Positions 28,931-37,952 of a DNA stretch of 38,240 bases are shown here, one piece after another (the first letter of the stretch is position 1; each line of letters starts with the position of its first letter). The translations under genes were made by a program, and so were the position numbers. Source of the stretch: Polyangiaceae bacterium (GTDB lineage: Bacteria; Myxococcota_A; Polyangia; Polyangiales; Polyangiaceae); the NCBI GenBank assembly GCA_044376115.1, contig JBILLK010000049.1, positions 1-38,240 on the forward strand. The letters run 5' to 3'. The notes below the pieces were generated by a model. The model did not search any database and was not told where the DNA came from. It was given only the letters and a program-made list of their open reading frames with translations.

Positions 28931-30409
28931 GTGTTCACCACTACCTTCCTCGGCCATCAAGGCTGGCTCTTTCGCACCGAGCGCGCGTGCATCGCGGTCG
29001 ATCCGCTGCTGTGCGAGCAGTTCGGCGCGCAGCACGCGCTCGACTACCAGGTCTATCCGCCTCGGCGGCTCGATCTCGCGCGCTTTCCTGCGCTCGATGC
29101 GGTGGTGCTCACGCATGAACACGACGACCATTTCGACCTTCCGTCGCTCGCGAAGCTGAGCCGCAAGATCCCGATTCATCTGTCCGCGCGCTCGTCGAGC
29201 GCGGCGCACGAGATTCTTCGCGAGATGGGCTTCCGGGTGGTGCCGCTCGAGCCGGGGGTGCCCGTGACGTTCGGCGATCTGGAGGTGATCCCACTTGCGG
29301 GCGATCACGTGACCGTCGACTGCGGCGACGAGTGGGACACGTTGCCCTTGCTCGTGCGTGACACCGGCGGCGCGGGGAGCTTCTTCTCGATGGTCGACAT
29401 CACGCCAACCGAACGTCACCTCCTGCTCGTCAAGGGCGTGGTCGCTAAGCCCGGCCTCGTCACCTGGACGAACAACGCCCTCGACTGGAGTCACATGACC
29501 GACTTCGTGGACGAGATGGTCGGCAGCACCGAAGCGTGCGCGGCGCGGATGGGGCGCGGGCGCGACCTCGTTCGCGCGGTGTGGGGGCGGCCCGCGGCGA
29601 CGCTGCTGTGCGCGGGTGGCTTCTCCTTCTACGGTGAGCAGGCGTGGCTGAATCGGCGCGTTTTTCCGATCGACTGCGAGCGCGCCTGCGCCCTCGTCGG
29701 GCGCGCCAACCCGCGCGAAAAGTTCGTCTCCACGCTGCCGGGTCAGACCTTCGTGATGGAGCGCAACCGGCTCGTACGCGTCGAGGCGTCCACCGACTTT
29801 CTCGCGACCGAGCCGCTTGAGGACTGGCCTTCACGCGAGCCGGTGCGTCTCTCGACGGCCGCGCTCGCCGCGCTCCCCGACTTCATGCCCGCGAGCCGCG
29901 CACGCGCGCTCGGCCGCGGTGATCTGGCGCGCCTGCAAGCAGGCCTCGACGAGCTGGCCAGCGCGCTCGTGGGAGGCCCGCTCTTTCGCTGCCTCCACTC
30001 GATGATGGCAGGAGAGTCGGAGGAGCGCCGACCGACGTTTGCCTTCGCGCTGCGCGACGGAAAGCGCCGGCACGTCTTCGAGTACGTGCCCTCGGCGTGC
30101 ACCTTCCGCAGCGTCGTCGACGACGATCCCGAGAGCAGCTATCTGCTTGGCCTCGAGTGCTGGGCCTCCGATCTACTCCGCTTGCTGCGCGGCGAGTTCG
30201 GTCCCATTGCCTTGACCTTCGGCCGCGCTCGCCTTTGGAACGCCGCGCCTGAGGTCGTCCCCGACGTGATCTTCGACGAGCTGTCCCGCGTGAGCCACCC
30301 GCTCCGTCGCCCCGCAGAGACGCTGCGTACCTATCAGCGTTTGTGGAAGAGCGTCCCTGCTGCACGCCCGCGCGTCGCAGCAAAGAAGCGCGCCACGAGC
30401 GCCTCATGA
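28931..30409 (+). CDS. MBL-fold metallo-hydrolase (UlaG-like) with C-terminal extension
   Basis: FLGHQGWL, IAVDPLL, VVLTHEHDDHFD (HxHxDH); GTG start after ACAGGA. Confidence 0.9.
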   Translation: MFTTTFLGHQGWLFRTERACIAVDPLLCEQFGAQHALDYQVYPPRRLDLARFPALDAVVLTHEHDDHFDLPSLAKLSRKIPIHLSARSSSAAHEILREMGFRVVPLEPGVPVTFGDLEVIPLAGDHVTVDCGDEWDTLPLLVRDTGGAGSFFSMVDITPTERHLLLVKGVVAKPGLVTWTNNALDWSHMTDFVDEMVGSTEACAARMGRGRDLVRAVWGRPAATLLCAGGFSFYGEQAWLNRRVFPIDCERACALVGRANPREKFVSTLPGQTFVMERNRLVRVEASTDFLATEPLEDWPSREPVRLSTAALAALPDFMPASRARALGRGDLARLQAGLDELASALVGGPLFRCLHSMMAGESEERRPTFAFALRDGKRRHVFEYVPSACTFRSVVDDDPESSYLLGLECWASDLLRLLRGEFGPIALTFGRARLWNAAPEVVPDVIFDELSRVSHPLRRPAETLRTYQRLWKSVPAARPRVAAKKRATSAS

Positions 30410-30540
30410 TTCAGGGACCCGACGTGAACCCCAACCCATTGGGCTCAACGGGTCGGTGCGAATTCAAGGCAGCCAGTTTTGGTGCTTCGACACCGGTCCC
30501 GAGGTTGCCGGCACCGCCAAGGCGGATGCCAAGCAAGACG

Positions 30541-31323
30541 CTAAATACCAGACGAGCTGTCTTTACCCAGCTTGGCCAAGATGTTTGTTTTCGCCTCGAT
30601 TCGCAAAAGACTCTCGGCCGAGCGCTGCCAGTCGCTCCTCGAGCCTTCAAGGTTGATCTCGGGGGAATTTCTGGCGGAGAAGGTGTAACTGCCGATCAGC
30701 GCGCCAGAGTCGATCTCATAGAGCAACACGTCGCCTTCCGCCGTCCCTGCGGTGAACGTCTTGTCGGACTGGACTTTAGGCTGCACGACCCGGCGCGCAC
30801 GAACGAGCCCCAGGTACTTTAGCTTTTCACAATTCGATAGGTGCGACGTGGCATTCTCGATATCCGCGATGTCCTCAACGTCGAAGTCCTCCTCCGCGGT
30901 AAAGTCACGAGCGCTGGCGCACTGGGCAAGCGTGGAGGACTCGAGCGCGAGCGGGCCGGGGTCCTTCGCCAGTTTTGCGTCTTTCAGCAGCTCCAGGCCA
31001 ACGACCGCACAAGTGTAGACAGTGAGGTTTTGAGTTGGCGTGGCGGTCGAGGTTGTCACTTCAGCGGCGGCTTGACCCTTCGCGTAGAGCGAGTCGATTG
31101 CCTTGAGCTTGGCGACCGCTACAGGGCGTGCCGCCTTCATCTCCTTCAGTGCCGTCTTCAGGGCCTTCTTTTTCGCTGTCTTCGGGTTTGGAGCCTCTTC
31201 CGCAGACTCCTCGGTGGTCGGCTTCGACTTCGTCGACTTGCAAGCCGACGAAGCTGACGCCAAGGCGAGCAACAACAACGCCGCGCCAACCGCATCGGCC
31301 CAAGTCCCCTTTGAGCATCGCAT
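30541..31323 (-). CDS. Hypothetical lipoprotein
   Basis: ATG 31323; hydrophobic signal ending ASSAC; Lys-rich linker; globular C-terminal domain. Confidence 0.8.
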   Translation of the reverse strand: MRCSKGTWADAVGAALLLLALASASSACKSTKSKPTTEESAEEAPNPKTAKKKALKTALKEMKAARPVAVAKLKAIDSLYAKGQAAAEVTTSTATPTQNLTVYTCAVVGLELLKDAKLAKDPGPLALESSTLAQCASARDFTAEEDFDVEDIADIENATSHLSNCEKLKYLGLVRARRVVQPKVQSDKTFTAGTAEGDVLLYEIDSGALIGSYTFSARNSPEINLEGSRSDWQRSAESLLRIEAKTNILAKLGKDSSSGI

Positions 31324-31548
31324 TAAGGCCGGGTAACGCACTAGAAGCACAAAGGCAATCGAGCATCCCAGCGCTCTCCATCTAGGCCAGTGCGAACAAG
31401 GGCGATCTCGGCGCGGAGGCTGCCGCCTTGGGCTTTCGTCCCGAAGCGCGGCTTCGACGCAGTGGGCTTGCTGGAGCTCAACGAGATGCGGGGCGATGTG
31501 TACGGTCGCAAGGTCGAGGTGCTCGCGCCGCGCGCTCTTGGCGCGCCG

Positions 31549-33375
31549 ATGAAACGCGGGCATGCGCTATTCGTGACCCCGACAACCAAGTGTGCGCTCG
31601 CTTGTCTTACGGCGCTGCTCGCTCCAGCGCTCGCGCTCGCTGCACCGGCGGCCGCGACGCTCGACGACCCGTCGTTCCTCCCGGAGAACCCGTTCGCCGT
31701 CGCCGGCTCGACGCTGGGCGCGCCGAGCGAGATCGACCGCTACGACTGCGCACCGGGAGTGGACGAGTCGGGCGGTGAGCAGGTGTTCGCGATCGAGGTC
31801 CCGGCCGCGGGAAAGCTCACGGCGTGGATCGAGGGGGATGACGGGCTCGTCGACGTCGACGTCCACATCGTCGTCGGGGCGTCGCTCGACGCGGGCCTGC
31901 TCTCCGGGTGTGTCGCGCGCGGCAACACGATCGCCGAGGCCGAGGTGCCGGCGGGCATCGCGCTCGCGATCGTCGACAGCTTCGACGGGACCGCGCAGGA
32001 GGGCGCGTTCGTCTTGCACGCGGCGTGGATAGGCGATGCGTGGACGGAGAGCGAGCCCTACGAGGGCGTGGTGTGGCGCGCGAAGCGCTACGCCAACTTC
32101 GCTGGAGGTCCGCAGGTCGTGCACGAGCTGCTCGTCGACCCAACGAACCCGGCCGTCACGATCGAGGCGCTGCGCTCGCAGGGCTGCGAGACCGTCGGGG
32201 AGATCGCCGATCGCACTGGCGCGGTTGCGGCCATCAACGGCGGCTACTTCACCGGCGGCTGCGTGCCGGTGTCGCTTCTGCGACACGACGGCGAGCAACT
32301 CGGCGCGAACGCCGTGGCGCGGAGCGCCTTCGGGCTCACGAGCGACGCCGAGCCCCGGATCGAGCTCGTGCCGGTCGCCGCAGACTGGCCGGACGTCGAG
32401 GAGGCGCATGGCGGAGGGCCTCGGCTCGTGACTGCGTCGTCCGCCCACGTCGACGACGCCGACTACGCCGAGGAGGGCATCGCGTCGCCCAGCTTCATCG
32501 GCCCGAACCCGCGCACCTTCGCGGGGATCGCGATGGACGGTCGCGTCGCTTTCGTCGGCGTGGACGGGCGTCGGCCGACTGCGGCGGGGATGTCGCTCCC
32601 AGCGCTCGCAAACTGGAGCGTGGACCTCGGGCTCGTCGATGCGGTGAACCTCGACGGCGGCGGCTCGACCACCGTGTTCGTGCGCGGCGCGACCCCGAAC
32701 GGCGTGGTGAACTACCCGTCCGATGCGGGCGAGGTCGAGCTCGCGACGCACGAGGGCTCGCGCGGCGTCTCCGGCGGGTTCTTCGTGTTCGCGCCGCCCA
32801 AAGCCCGCGCGCCCGTGTTCACCTCGACGCCGGTCGCGACGACCGCCATCGGCGCGACCTACGAATACGACGCCGACGCGTACGACGCGAACCCGGCGGA
32901 CACGATCACGTATTCGCTGGTCGATCCACCGTCAGGCGCTTCGATCGACGAGGCGACCGGCGTCGTCACCTGGCAGGTCCCGAACGACGCGCCGCTCCAG
33001 ATCGAGCTCGTCGTCCGGGCCAGCGACGGCGCGCTCGCGACCGACCAGGCAACGACGCTCACCGTGCAAGGCGGCGTCGGCCCCGGAGGGAGCGGTGGCG
33101 GCGGTGCAGCCGGAGGCGCTGGGCCCGGCGTTGGAGGCGGCGGCGTTGGAGGCGGCGGCGCCGGGGCCGCAGACACGGGCGGCGGTGGGGCCAGCGCAGA
33201 CGGCAGTGACGACGGGTGTAGCTGCGAGACCCCACAGCGCCGCGCGCTCGGGAGGTCCTCTGGGATCGGCCTTGCCTCCCTGCTCTTGGGCCTCCTCGCG
33301 AGGAGACGACACCCCTCAAAGCCGAGCGGCTCGCGCTCGCGCCGCGCGCTCTCCACTGCGAATCGATCGACGTAG
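31549..33375 (+). CDS. Secreted phosphodiester glycosidase (NAGPA/DUF2233) family protein with Ig-like domain and MYXO-CTERM-like tail
   Basis: AAINGGYF, GGGPRLV, NPRTFAGI, VDGR, AVNLDGGGST; APVFTSTP...TYEYD..A-D...YSL..PPSGASID..TG-VTW; Gly linker, GCSC, transmembrane segment, RRR. Confidence 0.9.
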   Translation: MKRGHALFVTPTTKCALACLTALLAPALALAAPAAATLDDPSFLPENPFAVAGSTLGAPSEIDRYDCAPGVDESGGEQVFAIEVPAAGKLTAWIEGDDGLVDVDVHIVVGASLDAGLLSGCVARGNTIAEAEVPAGIALAIVDSFDGTAQEGAFVLHAAWIGDAWTESEPYEGVVWRAKRYANFAGGPQVVHELLVDPTNPAVTIEALRSQGCETVGEIADRTGAVAAINGGYFTGGCVPVSLLRHDGEQLGANAVARSAFGLTSDAEPRIELVPVAADWPDVEEAHGGGPRLVTASSAHVDDADYAEEGIASPSFIGPNPRTFAGIAMDGRVAFVGVDGRRPTAAGMSLPALANWSVDLGLVDAVNLDGGGSTTVFVRGATPNGVVNYPSDAGEVELATHEGSRGVSGGFFVFAPPKARAPVFTSTPVATTAIGATYEYDADAYDANPADTITYSLVDPPSGASIDEATGVVTWQVPNDAPLQIELVVRASDGALATDQATTLTVQGGVGPGGSGGGGAAGGAGPGVGGGGVGGGGAGAADTGGGGASADGSDDGCSCETPQRRALGRSSGIGLASLLLGLLARRRHPSKPSGSRSRRALSTANRST

Positions 33376-33449
33376 AAGTCGAGACCCGTGATGAGCTTGA
33401 GCCGGTCGTGGAGTCCGCAGTTGTTAGACGACAGAACAGGCCCGGCGCG

Positions 33450-34835
33450 CTACCCCTTGCGTACGGCGAGCAAGGGCGCGACGTACGCAACATCTTCATC
33501 CACCTCGCCGTCGGAGCCCGTCGCAAGCTCCTTCATGCCCCTCTTTGCATCGGCGCCCGCGGCGACCAGGGCCCGTACGATCGCGGTGACCGCCTTCTTG
33601 TCGAGTGAGCCCGCCATCGAGACCACCTGCTCGAGCGCCGTGCGGCCGTACTTGTTTGGGAAGTCCGGCTTCGCGCCGGCAGCGAGGAGGAGCGCGACCG
33701 TCTTGGGATCCTCGTTGATCGCCGCTTCGTGCAGCGGCGCCATCTGCGTGCGCCCGTAGAGGATCTCGGTGCGGGCCCCCGCGTCGAGGAGCGCCCGCAC
33801 GACCGCGTGGTACTGGCCGTCGATCGCCTTTCCGAGCGGCGTGGTGCGCGCGTTCTTCAGCTCGGCCTCGATGGGGGCGCCCGCGGCCAGAAGCAGCTTC
33901 ACGATCGGCAGGTGCCCTTGCATGGCAGCGTTATGCAGCGCGGTGTGGCCGGTCGTGCGATCGGCCGAGGCGACCGCGGCACCGGCGGCGAGCGCGCGCT
34001 TGACCGCAGCGGCGTCTCCCTGATCGGCGGCGAGGCGAAGCGCCATATCGTGCTTGGGATTGCCCGGTGCCTTTGCGGGCTTCGCGCTCGCAACAGACTT
34101 GGAGGCCGCGCTGGCCTTTACAGTCGGCTTGGCTCGGGCCGTCGTGCTGCTCTTGGCCGTGGTCTTGGTCTTGGCCGTGCTCTTCGCGGTGGTTTTGGTC
34201 TTGGTCGCCATATTCCTTGCCTTGTTCGCAGAAGTTGATGAAATCAGTGCGCTCGCGGAGGCGGGCTCGCCCGGCTCGTCGACGGGCCAGAAGCCGCTCC
34301 CAATTTCGTTGGGGAGGCGGGCGAAGCGCAGGATTCCCGTCTCGAGCTGGCTCGCCAGATGATCGAAGAGGGCCGTCGCACTCGGTGCAAGCCAATCGAA
34401 CGTCGACTCCGCCCGGTTGAAGATTACCTGCCCCGGACCGCCCTTGGGTCCAGGCACGCCATCGACGAGCAGGTAGTGCGGATCATTCGGCGATGCGGCG
34501 ATGGGGAAGCGCTGCGCGTGGTAGAGGATCGCCCGCACTCGACCGTCGTCGCCGGTCTCGTCGAAAAACTCGGCGGCATCTTCATCCTCGTCAGCGACGT
34601 CGCAGAGCTCCTTCCACAGCGCGATCGCCGCGCGCCGGCCAAGCATGCGGAGACCGGGAAGCGGCAAGTATACCGGCGGCTCGCCCTCGACGACGTCCAT
34701 CGCTTCGTAGAAGGCCCGCACGTCGGGCGCGAGCGACAGACCCTTGGGCCACGTCACCCTCGTCGCGCGGGTGAGCAATGACCGACCGCACTGCGCCGCG
34801 ACGATCGCATCGATGCGCTTCAGCTCATCCAGCAT
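33450..34835 (-). CDS. SMI1/KNR4-like domain joined to an ankyrin-repeat region (possibly two genes, second ATG at 34211)
   Basis: FPIAAS..HYLLVD..PGPKG-PGQVI...WLA-S...F motif; ankyrin motifs GHTALHNAA-QGH--IVKLLL-AGA, TTPL, APLHEAA, GRTAL. Confidence 0.85.
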   Translation of the reverse strand: MLDELKRIDAIVAAQCGRSLLTRATRVTWPKGLSLAPDVRAFYEAMDVVEGEPPVYLPLPGLRMLGRRAAIALWKELCDVADEDEDAAEFFDETGDDGRVRAILYHAQRFPIAASPNDPHYLLVDGVPGPKGGPGQVIFNRAESTFDWLAPSATALFDHLASQLETGILRFARLPNEIGSGFWPVDEPGEPASASALISSTSANKARNMATKTKTTAKSTAKTKTTAKSSTTARAKPTVKASAASKSVASAKPAKAPGNPKHDMALRLAADQGDAAAVKRALAAGAAVASADRTTGHTALHNAAMQGHLPIVKLLLAAGAPIEAELKNARTTPLGKAIDGQYHAVVRALLDAGARTEILYGRTQMAPLHEAAINEDPKTVALLLAAGAKPDFPNKYGRTALEQVVSMAGSLDKKAVTAIVRALVAAGADAKRGMKELATGSDGEVDEDVAYVAPLLAVRKG

Positions 34836-35466
34836 CTACTTCGACTCTTCGACGATCAGCCAGGGCGGAATGGACCAGCCGGGGCGCGTCGCGAGCCCCT
34901 TGCGGGCTGCGTCCTTCGCGGAGCTGCGGGCCGCCTCCCGTCGCAGCATCGATCACGATCAGCTTGCCTCCGCCAGCGGGCTCGCAAGCGACCACGATGC
35001 GGCTCGCCGTTGCCCACGCGCAAAGCACGAAGCGCGCGTAGTCGCGCGACTTCTGTCGCCAGCGAACCGTGCCGTCGCGCTCGATGCACCGAAGCTCACC
35101 GTCGTCGGCTACCGTAGCGGTGACGAGCAGCGTGCCATCGGGGCTGATCGCACCGTCGCTGGTCGGCCAGCGCGTCGCGACCGTCGAGCCATCCAGCACG
35201 TCGACGATCACCGTGCCTGCTGATTGAGCGTCGCCCATGAGCACGTGGCGCGCATCGGCGAACAGCCGCAACTGAAGCTCCGCGCGGGAGGTCACGGTCG
35301 ACTCTCCGCTCTGCAGGTCGCAATGGCGCAATGCGGTGCGCATCGGCTCGACGGACCAATCGAGCTGGGTGGTCAGAGCGTAGCGCCCATCCGGCGAGAG
35401 CACGAGCGCGTGAGCGCCGACACCCGCGGCAGGGACCCTATGGCTCGGTACGATGACACGTTTCAT
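34836..35466 (-). CDS. Small beta-propeller-like protein; apparent frameshift near 34938 (annotated frame stops 34825)
   Basis: LSPDGRY and ISPDGTLL repeats, DGTVRW; the alternative frame ends ...WSIPPWLIVEESK* with TAG directly abutting the next ATG. Confidence 0.7.
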
Positions 35467-35539
35467 CTCGATCTAGTGCTCCGCACACGGTTTGAGTCGA
35501 CAGGGAGCGGCAATCGTCCCGGTGACCCCAAGGGGTCCG

Positions 35540-36451
35540 TCACAGCGCCGGGAGGAATTCCTGGGCGAGAGAGACATCGTCGCCAGCGGGGTCAATGGAT
35601 CCGGGCGCAAGCAACGTCAACAGCGCTTGGCGCGCTGCAGGTGCGTCGCGGTCGCTGGAGGCGAAGCACGACCAGACCGCATCCATCGCCCTGACAGACT
35701 GTTCGATGGCGCGGGCGAGCACCCTATCGAACGTCCCCCACGTCCCGTGGAGGAACTTTGGGCGCGCTAGTTCCTTGTCTCGCTCGAGAGCCAGGGTCTT
35801 GCCCAGCGGCGACCCGAGGAGCCACGCGTGCTGCTCGTAGCCGCGCGCCATCCCGCGAAGGGTCACGAACGAAGGCGCGTCGCTCAAGGTCGTGCGGAAC
35901 GCTTCGTCGATGGCGCCGCCCACCTCCGGGTTCGCGAAGAGCTCGAGCATCGGGACCTGCACGAGGCGAACGATGCCGGCCGTGCCCATGCGGTCTCGCC
36001 CAAAGTAGGCCTCGTGAAAGCAAATCGATTGAAACTTCTCGACCTCACGGTGCGCGGCGCCGTGCGATCGCCCCTCGGCGTGTGCCCGCGCCAGGGCATT
36101 GATCAACGGATGGAGCTGGCGATCCATCGCCGCGTGCGAGGCGAGGCCGAGCGCCACGGCGGCGAGCCGCTCCGAGCGCGTCGTCCTGGCGCGATCGAGC
36201 ATCACCAAGAGGACGGGGACCGCAGCGCGCTCGTGGATCTCGTCTCCCCAGCGACTCTCGCGCGGCGACCAACGCGCCGCGTAGCGCACGACCTCCTCGG
36301 CGTAGTGGTCGAAGTACATCAGATCGAGCAGGACGGCGCCGAGGCGAGCTTCGTCCTCCCAATGCACCAGCGCGCGCCGTGCCCCCGACGCGAGGCCGGA
36401 TGAGGTCCCGGCCTCACGTAGGGCGGTCTGGTGAATCCCTTCAGCGGGCAT
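35540..36451 (-). CDS. Zinc-dependent phospholipase C family protein
   Basis: N-terminal MP--GIH, LGAVLLDL, GLASHAAMD-QLHP-IN and HREVE zinc-ligand pattern. Confidence 0.85.
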   Translation of the reverse strand: MPAEGIHQTALREAGTSSGLASGARRALVHWEDEARLGAVLLDLMYFDHYAEEVVRYAARWSPRESRWGDEIHERAAVPVLLVMLDRARTTRSERLAAVALGLASHAAMDRQLHPLINALARAHAEGRSHGAAHREVEKFQSICFHEAYFGRDRMGTAGIVRLVQVPMLELFANPEVGGAIDEAFRTTLSDAPSFVTLRGMARGYEQHAWLLGSPLGKTLALERDKELARPKFLHGTWGTFDRVLARAIEQSVRAMDAVWSCFASSDRDAPAARQALLTLLAPGSIDPAGDDVSLAQEFLPAL

Positions 36452-36617
36452 CGAGCGAGGACGCTACACCGCCGGAGCGCGTGACCGCACGCAGAATTCG
36501 CCGCGCCTCCTTCCGGTCGACGGACTGGAGCTCGAGGTGCACTCTGCTTCAAGGCCGACGCGCCGAGACCGCAGACTCAGAAGTGCAGCTTCAGGCTGGC
36601 GTTACCCGTGCCGAGGC

Positions 36618-37688
36618 TCAGCTCGACTCCCAACGTCCGTTGAGTCGTCCCGGACGCGATAGCGCGGGGATCGGTGTTTTGGCGACAGCTTGCCGGAACT
36701 CTTGAAATAGCTCGAGCCCTCGCTCGAAGAGCTCTGCGAACTGGATCTCGTTGGAGGCCCATAACCAACTACGAGGCACACTCGCAGCAAGCTCACCAGA
36801 ATGCGCGAGCGTTGATGCCCAATAACCCATTGTTCCGCCAAGTCCTCCCGCAAGATAGGCCGAGATGGTGAAGGAGAAGTCGAGGATGTCGGGATACCGG
36901 ACAATCGTGAATTCGCACGGGAGATTGCCCACCGGCTGCGAGAGCGTAAAGTCGATGCGAGAAGGGCGATCGTGTCGCGTGATACGAGGCTCCCGCTGCT
37001 CGAGGTGATCGGCCATTGCCTCAGTCGACACCAAGGGAGAGACTCGCCAGGGTTCGGTCAACTGATGTAGCTCGACGAAGCTGGGCATGCTCCGCCCTGC
37101 GATCGCCTCGACGGCCTCCCGGATTCGTTCCTCCGTAACGATCTCGTGGGTGGGCGACTCCGGCGATTCGGGATCGACATATCGCTCAGGCTGGAGGAGA
37201 CGCTCGTCTCCCGTGACGGCTTTCTCAACGTCAGCATGAAGCTCCAGAATAAAGCGAACGAGCGTTGTGACTTCCCCGGTGACTGGCAATCTTGGACGAG
37301 GAGGGTTGTAGAGAAAGTATGGATCCTCGAGACGCATCGCGTGCATCGCGACGCTGTGCCACCCTCCCCCGATATTCATTCGATCTCGAGAATTACCGGC
37401 CAGTTTGTAGGTGCTAACCACTTCCAAAAATCCCGGCCGTGGAAGCAAATTCAAAACGACCGAGAAGGGACCTCGTTGGTATCGGGCACCGACGAACTGC
37501 TCCTTCCGGTTACGCTTGAACGGAAGCTTGGAGTGCTGCTGCAAGGCCTCGGTTACCTCGAGGCCAGGATGAAAGGAGCCGTCTTCCGCCTCGTGGTGCT
37601 GTTCCCAATAGCCATAGTAGCGCTCCGAAAAGCCAACCGATTGCAGCACCGAAAGGAAGGCGTGATCCAAGCCCTGCGACGTCAGCAT
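36618..37688 (-). CDS. Hypothetical protein with probable internal domain duplication
   Basis: 356-aa ORF, AT-richer codon use than neighbours, two similar halves. Confidence 0.8.
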   Translation of the reverse strand: MLTSQGLDHAFLSVLQSVGFSERYYGYWEQHHEAEDGSFHPGLEVTEALQQHSKLPFKRNRKEQFVGARYQRGPFSVVLNLLPRPGFLEVVSTYKLAGNSRDRMNIGGGWHSVAMHAMRLEDPYFLYNPPRPRLPVTGEVTTLVRFILELHADVEKAVTGDERLLQPERYVDPESPESPTHEIVTEERIREAVEAIAGRSMPSFVELHQLTEPWRVSPLVSTEAMADHLEQREPRITRHDRPSRIDFTLSQPVGNLPCEFTIVRYPDILDFSFTISAYLAGGLGGTMGYWASTLAHSGELAASVPRSWLWASNEIQFAELFERGLELFQEFRQAVAKTPIPALSRPGRLNGRWESS

Positions 37689-37775
37689 AAGGGCGATTAA
37701 ACTAAACCCGAGTTTCTACGGGGGCAAGGTTCGGAGGGCGGCGGTTTGAAAGGACCCGCGATTTCAGCGGAGCCG

Positions 37776-37952
37776 TCAGTGCTTGGTCAAGCCGCTCAAC
37801 AGGACGAACGCGGCGCCGCTGCTGGTCGGGATCCGGTAGGCGCACTCCGAGCCGAGGATCTGAGCGGCCACGGCCGTCATCGTCCAGGCGTCGGCCTCGT
37901 CTGCGTCCGAGACGAAGGCAGTAATGGCCTTGATGCGGTTGGCTTTCCCGAA
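37776..37952 (-). pseudogene. 3' remnant of a gene resembling the DUF6882 C-terminus, cut off by the 96-bp array
   Basis: FGKANRIKAIT...ADEADAWTMTAVAAQILGSECAYRIPT..GAAFVLL* with host-like codon bias; the upstream frame runs into repeat DNA and stops. Confidence 0.6.

Noticed and set aside
28449..28941. ORFs with 15-aa repeats (28449-28796, 28535-28915, 28675-28941)
   Set aside because: By-products of the 45-bp repeat being open in several frames; no codon bias or ribosome-binding site.
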